Below the pieces are notes generated by a model. The model was given only the letters and a program-made list of their open reading frames with translations, had not been told where the DNA came from and ran no database searches. From assembly GCA_044344255.1 (NCBI GenBank), contig JBIJDH010000003.1, positions 1-64,000 of the forward strand: DNA of 64,000 nt, read 5' to 3'. Position 1 is the stretch's first letter, and each line of letters opens with the position of its first letter. The translations under genes and the position numbers were made by a program. Source of the stretch: Myxococcota bacterium (GTDB lineage: Bacteria > Myxococcota_A > UBA796 > UBA2385). This document shows, one piece after another, positions 58,999 through 64,000 of the stretch.

Positions 58999-59874
58999 AT
59001 GTCGAGTCCTGTGGATGTGCCGGTCGATGTTCCGGTTGCTGGGATCGAGCCGGCGTCTTCGAGCGTGGCCACCGCGGTGATCCACCCCGTGGCCCCGGTG
59101 GTGCTCGCGCCCTTTGAGGCGGTGATCACCCTGCTCCGGGATCGACGGGCGGCGCTCGACGCCCGGCAGGGCGCGCTCGAGCTCAGGGGCCTCGTGCTCT
59201 GCCTCGCGCTCCTCGTGCCCACGAGCGCCCTCTACATCCACTTGGTGAACGAGGGCCCCTACAGCCTGGACACCGCCTCCCCCGCGGTCCTCCAGGGGGC
59301 GGGCGTGGTGGTCCTGCTGGGCGCCGTGCTGCTCGCCAGCCTCGTCGCCATGCCCCCGGGCGCCGGGCTGCGGTGGACGAAGCGGCGCGCCTGGGAGGAT
59401 CGGCTCATCGGGCCCTCCTTCCAGGGTCGTTCCGGTCTCGAATTTTCGACGATGAACGCAGGGGATCGAAGCCCGGAAGGCGAGACGCGCACCCTCGAAT
59501 TCGTGCGGGCGGTCTTCGCGCCCGGGCTGCACTGGGGCCCGATCCCGGCGGCGCTCCGCGACGTGACCTTCGCCGAGTTTCAGCGCCTCTGGAGCGGTTG
59601 GTTCCTCGTCGAGCGACAGACCGCCGCGCTGCGCCGATGCTTTCGGTTGGGGGCGCTGGGGCTCTTGCTCGGCGGGCTCGGCCTCATGGTGGAGAACAGC
59701 GGCGGCTCCAACCTCGGGCCCTCGGGCCTCCCGCCCGCGGGCGGCCTCCCTTCGAACCTCGCGCCCGGCGGCGGGACCCAGGGCGGCGGGATGCAGGGCG
59801 GCGGGATGCAGGGCGGCGGCGTTCAGGGAGGTGGCAAGCAGGGTGGCCAACAGGGTGGTCAGGGCGGGCGTTAG
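58999..59874 (+). CDS. Hypothetical membrane protein (about 3 TM) with a Gly/Gln-rich repeat tail
   Basis: Hydrophobic segments; C-terminal GG[TMVKQ]QG repeats; start uncertain. Confidence 0.55.
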   Translation: MSSPVDVPVDVPVAGIEPASSSVATAVIHPVAPVVLAPFEAVITLLRDRRAALDARQGALELRGLVLCLALLVPTSALYIHLVNEGPYSLDTASPAVLQGAGVVVLLGAVLLASLVAMPPGAGLRWTKRRAWEDRLIGPSFQGRSGLEFSTMNAGDRSPEGETRTLEFVRAVFAPGLHWGPIPAALRDVTFAEFQRLWSGWFLVERQTAALRRCFRLGALGLLLGGLGLMVENSGGSNLGPSGLPPAGGLPSNLAPGGGTQGGGMQGGGMQGGGVQGGGKQGGQQGGQGGR

Positions 59875-62306
59875 CCGCGCTCGGCTGCGGCGCGCTCCGC
59901 CGGCGCTGGCGTGGCCTCGGCCAGGAAGCGGCTCGGGACCTGGCTGCGGCCGCGGCTGTCCCGCTCGGCCCAGGACAGGTGCAGGTGGTGGCGCGCGCGG
60001 GTCATGGCGACGTAGAGCAGGCGTCGCTCTTCGTCGATGTCTTCGTCCTTGCCTTCTCGCACCGCGAAGTAGGAGGGCACCCCGCCCTCCACGATCCCCG
60101 GCAAGAAGACTCGGTTGAATTCGAGGCCCTTGGACTGGTGCATCGTCAGGGTACGCACCCCCGCGTTGTCCTCACGACCGTCGCCGTCTTTGGAGAGGGC
60201 CACCCGATCGAGCACGTGGCCGAGGGCGACGGCGGCGGGGAGGCTCGGATCGTCGAGGCGGCGGAGGCGCTGCACGAGGGTGGAGAGGTGGGTGAGGCGC
60301 TCGGGCTCGCCCGGGTACTTGTGGCGGAGCAGCTCCTCGATGATGCGCTCCACCAGCGCCGGCGGGCGGAGGTCGAGGGCGGCCCAGCGAGCGAGGGTCT
60401 CGCGGAGGCGGGCGAAGGCCGGGGCCTGCTGGAAGAGCATCGCCGCGCGTGCCGCCCGCCCCGGGGCCGCCCGCTCGCGGAGCACCGCGGAGAGGGCAGC
60501 GGTGGCGAGCACGTCGTCGAGGGCCCGGTGGGTGGGGATGAAGGGGATGCCGAGCCGCTCGATGAGGATGCCGAGCTTGTAGCGGGGGGCGGCGATCAGG
60601 CGGCGGGCGTCGACCAGGGTGTCGAAGGCGACGTCGAGGCGCAGCGGCAGGCCGAGGCGGCTGGCCCCTGCGCGCAGCATCCGGGTGTCGAAGGTGATGT
60701 TGTGGCCCGCGATCGGGGCGTCGCCGATGAAGGCCGCCAGCGCGCGGAAGACCGCCTCGCGGGGCTTCCCCTCGGCGGCGAGGCGCTCGGCGGTGATGCC
60801 GTGGACCGCGGAGGAGGCCCCGAGCGGCTGATCGGTGCGGAGGAGGGCCGTGAAGCAGTCGGCGGGGTCCTGGTTCCAGCGCCCGCCCCGCAGGCGGAGG
60901 GCGGCGACCTCGATCACGTCGTCCTGGCCGGGGTCGAGGCCGGTGGTCTCGGTGTCGAGGATGATGACGTCCTCGGTTCGGAGGCCCTGGAGGGGATCGC
61001 CGGAGCGGATGACCCGCTCGTCGAGCAGATCGGCGAGGGAGAGGCCGATCGGCCGCCCGGCGAGCACGAGGCGGTCGACGGACTCGGCGCTCACGCCCTT
61101 GACGAGGCGGCGGGTGACCCGGCGGGCCGCGTTCTCGTCGCGGGGATCGTGGACCAGGCGCGCGAGGGCGAGCGCGTCCTTCACCTCCTGGCGGCGGAAG
61201 AACTGGAAGGCCTCCATCGTGGCCGCGGGCACGCCTCGGCGGGCCAGCGCGGCGCCGACCTCGGCGAGCTGGCTGTGGGTGCGCACCAGGACGGCGATCT
61301 CGGCCGGATCCTCACCGGCCTCGATCGCGGCGGCGCAGCGGGCGGCGATGTCATCCTGCTCCTCCCGGGCGGTGGGGTGCTGACTGCGGGTGGGCGGCTC
61401 TCCTCGGGCTGCCCCCACCGCGGGCCGGACGACGCTCGTGCGGCGCAGCATGTGGCCGCCGAGCGCGTCAGCGACGGCGAGGATGGCCTCGGTCGATCGG
61501 AAGCAAGCGGTGAGCAGCAGGCGGCGAACGGGCCCAAAGTCCGCCTCCACCGCCCGCAGCAGGGCGTGGGGGGCCGAACCCCGCCAGCCGTAGATGGTCT
61601 GGTCGAGGTCTCCCACGAGGCACAGCGCCCGCGCCTCGGCGGCGAGCACGCGCAGCACCTCGTACTCGGAGAGGTGGGTGTCCTGGACCTCGTCAACGAC
61701 GATGCTCTCGAAGCGGCGGCTCCAGCGGCTCCGCGGGCCCTCCTCGCGGGTGAGCATGGCGCGGGTGAGCAGCACGAGGCCGGCGAAGTCGAGGGCGCCG
61801 CGGGCGGCCAGGGCGGCGGCGTAGCGGGCGCTCGTGGGGTGGTCGCTGAAGGCCCCGGTCGACCACTGCTCGACGGTGGCCTCGCCCGGGGGCACGGCGG
61901 CGGCGTCGCCGTGGATGCGGTGCATGGCGGTGGTGGGAGCGGCCTCGCCGAGCTCGCGGAGGAGCTCGGTGACGTCCTCCTCGTCGAGGACGCGGAAGTC
62001 GGCCGAGAGCTCGATGGACTCCGCCTCGGCGTGCAGGATCTGGCTGCAGAGGGCGTGGAAGGTGGACACCACCACCCGAGCGGCGACATCCGCACCGACG
62101 GCGCGGGCGAGGCCCTCGCGGAGGTGCCCGGCGGCGCGGTTGGTGAAGGTGAGGGCGAGGACCCGCTCCGGGGCCACCCCGCGGGCGAGGGCGCGGTGAA
62201 CGCGGAGGGCGAGGGTGCTGGTCTTGCCGCTGCCGACGGCGGCCAGCACGAGGACGGTGCCGTCCTGGGCCTCGATCACCGCGGCCTGTTCGTCGGTGGG
62301 GCTCAC
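59871..62306 (-). CDS. UvrD/PcrA-family helicase with an embedded DEDDh 3'-5' exonuclease domain
   Basis: AAVGSGKT, LTFTNRAA, VDEVQD, VGDLDQTIYGWRG, TMHQSKGLEF, EERRLLYVAMTRA; inserted LDTETTG...GHNI.FD...HRALDD. Confidence 0.9.
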   Translation of the reverse strand: MSPTDEQAAVIEAQDGTVLVLAAVGSGKTSTLALRVHRALARGVAPERVLALTFTNRAAGHLREGLARAVGADVAARVVVSTFHALCSQILHAEAESIELSADFRVLDEEDVTELLRELGEAAPTTAMHRIHGDAAAVPPGEATVEQWSTGAFSDHPTSARYAAALAARGALDFAGLVLLTRAMLTREEGPRSRWSRRFESIVVDEVQDTHLSEYEVLRVLAAEARALCLVGDLDQTIYGWRGSAPHALLRAVEADFGPVRRLLLTACFRSTEAILAVADALGGHMLRRTSVVRPAVGAARGEPPTRSQHPTAREEQDDIAARCAAAIEAGEDPAEIAVLVRTHSQLAEVGAALARRGVPAATMEAFQFFRRQEVKDALALARLVHDPRDENAARRVTRRLVKGVSAESVDRLVLAGRPIGLSLADLLDERVIRSGDPLQGLRTEDVIILDTETTGLDPGQDDVIEVAALRLRGGRWNQDPADCFTALLRTDQPLGASSAVHGITAERLAAEGKPREAVFRALAAFIGDAPIAGHNITFDTRMLRAGASRLGLPLRLDVAFDTLVDARRLIAAPRYKLGILIERLGIPFIPTHRALDDVLATAALSAVLRERAAPGRAARAAMLFQQAPAFARLRETLARWAALDLRPPALVERIIEELLRHKYPGEPERLTHLSTLVQRLRRLDDPSLPAAVALGHVLDRVALSKDGDGREDNAGVRTLTMHQSKGLEFNRVFLPGIVEGGVPSYFAVREGKDEDIDEERRLLYVAMTRARHHLHLSWAERDSRGRSQVPSRFLAEATPAPAERAAAERG

Positions 62307-62767
62307 CGTTGGCTGAAGATCGTCTCAAAGACGCGGTAGTGGTCGCCGTTCATGCCGACCCGACGGTAGGCCTCCATCGCGGCCGTGTTCCGCGTGTCGA
62401 CGTAGAGCCGGAGCCCGCCGACGCCGGTCTCCAGGGCCTCCTCTCGGACCATCCGGTAGAGCTCGCGGAAGACCCCGCGGCCCCGCGCCTCCGGCCAAAC
62501 ATAGACAGACTGTATCCACCACATGGTCTTGGCCCGCCAGTCGCTCCACTCCGAGGTGGTGAGGAGCTGGCCGACGACCTCGCTCCCCACTTGGGCGACC
62601 CGGTAGCGGCCGAGCGTGGTGTCGGCGAGCACGGCGGCGACGCCGGCGCGGAGGGCCTCCAGGGGGAGCTCGAGCCCTTCGGTCTCGGCGGCGAGGGCCC
62701 GATTGCCCGCGACGAGGCGGTCGAGGTCGCCCTGCTGCGCCTGGCGTAGCTCCATCGGTAGCTCCAT
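62303..62767 (-). CDS. GNAT family N-acetyltransferase
   Basis: EWSDWR...WWIQSVYV.PEARGRGVFRELY, LRLYVD..N..A..AY...GM; GAAGGA RBS. Confidence 0.9.
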   Translation of the reverse strand: MELPMELRQAQQGDLDRLVAGNRALAAETEGLELPLEALRAGVAAVLADTTLGRYRVAQVGSEVVGQLLTTSEWSDWRAKTMWWIQSVYVWPEARGRGVFRELYRMVREEALETGVGGLRLYVDTRNTAAMEAYRRVGMNGDHYRVFETIFSQR

Positions 62768-63009
62768 CCGTAGGTCCTTCAAGGGTCGCTCCTTCACGGG
62801 CCGCTCCGATCGCCGGCGGGTATCCCGTTCCTCGGCTGGGGTCCCCGGGGCGCGACGGCGCCAGAGGGGGAGGGCCCGACATCCACGGCCGGGGGCTCGA
62901 CACGAGCGAGGCGCCCGTTTCATAATAGGGTGCGAGTCGTCCGTGTCGGTTGTGCCGATGCCCTCGTACACTTGATCCCCCGAGCGTCCAATATGTGGAA
63001 GGCCGCCCT

Positions 63010-63969
63010 ATGAAGCTGAAGTTGACACCGGAAGAAGAGCGCTCGCTCGCCGCAGATGTTCGGGCCGCAGAGCAGCGAGCCCGCGACGCCATCGCGGGGA
63101 TTGATGCGGCAGAGCGGATCCTGATGGGGCGGCCGCTGCGCACCGAGCGCACCCGCGCCGCCGCCTTGGAGCGCTTGGAGGCCGCCGTCGCCGCCTGCGA
63201 GGCCGCCGCCAAGACGGACCCTGCCGTACGAAAGGCATGGGAAGAGGCGAAATTTCACCTCCGTGAGGCCGAGACCAAGCTCTGGGAGCTGGCGATGTCC
63301 GGTAAGCGGGTGGCCTTTGGCGAGGCCCGCAAGCTGCAGAGCCCGTTGATGAGCGAGGAGGACTTGGCCCAGGAGGGTGTGATCGGCCTCATGCGGGCCG
63401 CGCGTCGGTTTGATCCCGACCGCGGCATCCGCTTTGCCACCTACGCCCGCTGGTGGGTCCGCGCCCAGATGACCCGTGCCTTGGAGACCACCGGCCGCAC
63501 CGTGCGCGTGCCCGGAGGGGCGGTCGAACAGGCCCGCAACCTGCGCATCGCCGCCGGGCGCTTCGAGCGGGAGGGTGTCCAATACACGATCGAAGACCTC
63601 GCCCGCGAGGTCGGCCTCGACGCCGAGCGGGCCGAGTTCCTGCTCAGCCAGGGCCACGTCGTCTCGATGGACGAGCCGGGCGAGGACGGCGGCACCCTCG
63701 GCGATCGGATCCCCTCCGAGGACGAGGCCGGTCGGCCGGAGGAGCGGGCGATCCAGAAGGACGTCATGGATCGGATCAGCGACGCGATGGGCGGCCTCGA
63801 CCCCCGGGAGCGCTTCGTGATTGAGCACCACTACGGCCTCATCGGCGGGGAGACCCACGGCGACTCCCACACGATGGCCGAGATCGGCAAGTCGATCGGG
63901 CTCAGCCGCGAGCGGGTCCGCCAGATCGAGGCCGCGGCGATCCATCGCCTCCGGGGCATCGTGACCTGA
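63010..63969 (+). CDS. Alternative RpoD/SigA-like sigma-70 factor (no region 1.1)
   Basis: DLAQEGVIGLMRAARRFDPDRGIRFATYARWW, RTVRVP, SMDEP, EIGKSIGLSRERVRQIE. Confidence 0.92.
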   Translation: MKLKLTPEEERSLAADVRAAEQRARDAIAGIDAAERILMGRPLRTERTRAAALERLEAAVAACEAAAKTDPAVRKAWEEAKFHLREAETKLWELAMSGKRVAFGEARKLQSPLMSEEDLAQEGVIGLMRAARRFDPDRGIRFATYARWWVRAQMTRALETTGRTVRVPGGAVEQARNLRIAAGRFEREGVQYTIEDLAREVGLDAERAEFLLSQGHVVSMDEPGEDGGTLGDRIPSEDEAGRPEERAIQKDVMDRISDAMGGLDPRERFVIEHHYGLIGGETHGDSHTMAEIGKSIGLSRERVRQIEAAAIHRLRGIVT

Positions 63970-64000
63970 AGGGGCGTCGGGCGGGATAGGGGGGCTCCCC

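Noticed and set aside
62745..62770. 12-bp duplication giving MELPMEL at the GNAT start
   Set aside because: Trivial local duplication that only makes the start codon ambiguous

Overview
High-GC bacterial chromosomal window. The gene content (pilH-pilI-pilD order, M16 pair, MopE-type acidic repeat lipoproteins, TSP3-OmpA, Hanks-type kinase) points to Myxococcota or related deltaproteobacteria; this is an inference. I support about 55 CDS. No rRNA, tRNA, CRISPR array or mobile element was recognised. Housekeeping genes: bioB, bioF, bioA, pyrF, dtd, hrpB, two HU genes, two RNA methyltransferases, an alternative sigma-70 and a UvrD-exonuclease fusion. Four large surface lipoproteins are also present. 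The first 17.4 kb is rich in radical SAM genes: three radical SAM/SPASM-twitch enzymes, one twitch-less radical SAM core, one free-standing twitch domain and a GT4 glycosyltransferase. Most notable findings: (1) a translationally coupled three-gene operon at 21430-23077 whose proteins share one unnamed domain, the last with a membrane anchor; (2) a Ser/Thr kinase, orphan beta-rich protein and S8 protease cassette at 52968-58366; (3) an apparently split radical SAM enzyme, with the core at 14884-15654 and the Fe-S domain at 4724-5059; (4) a solo Cas2/VapD-like gene at 30932-31228. All family assignments come from motif recognition by eye, not from database searches.
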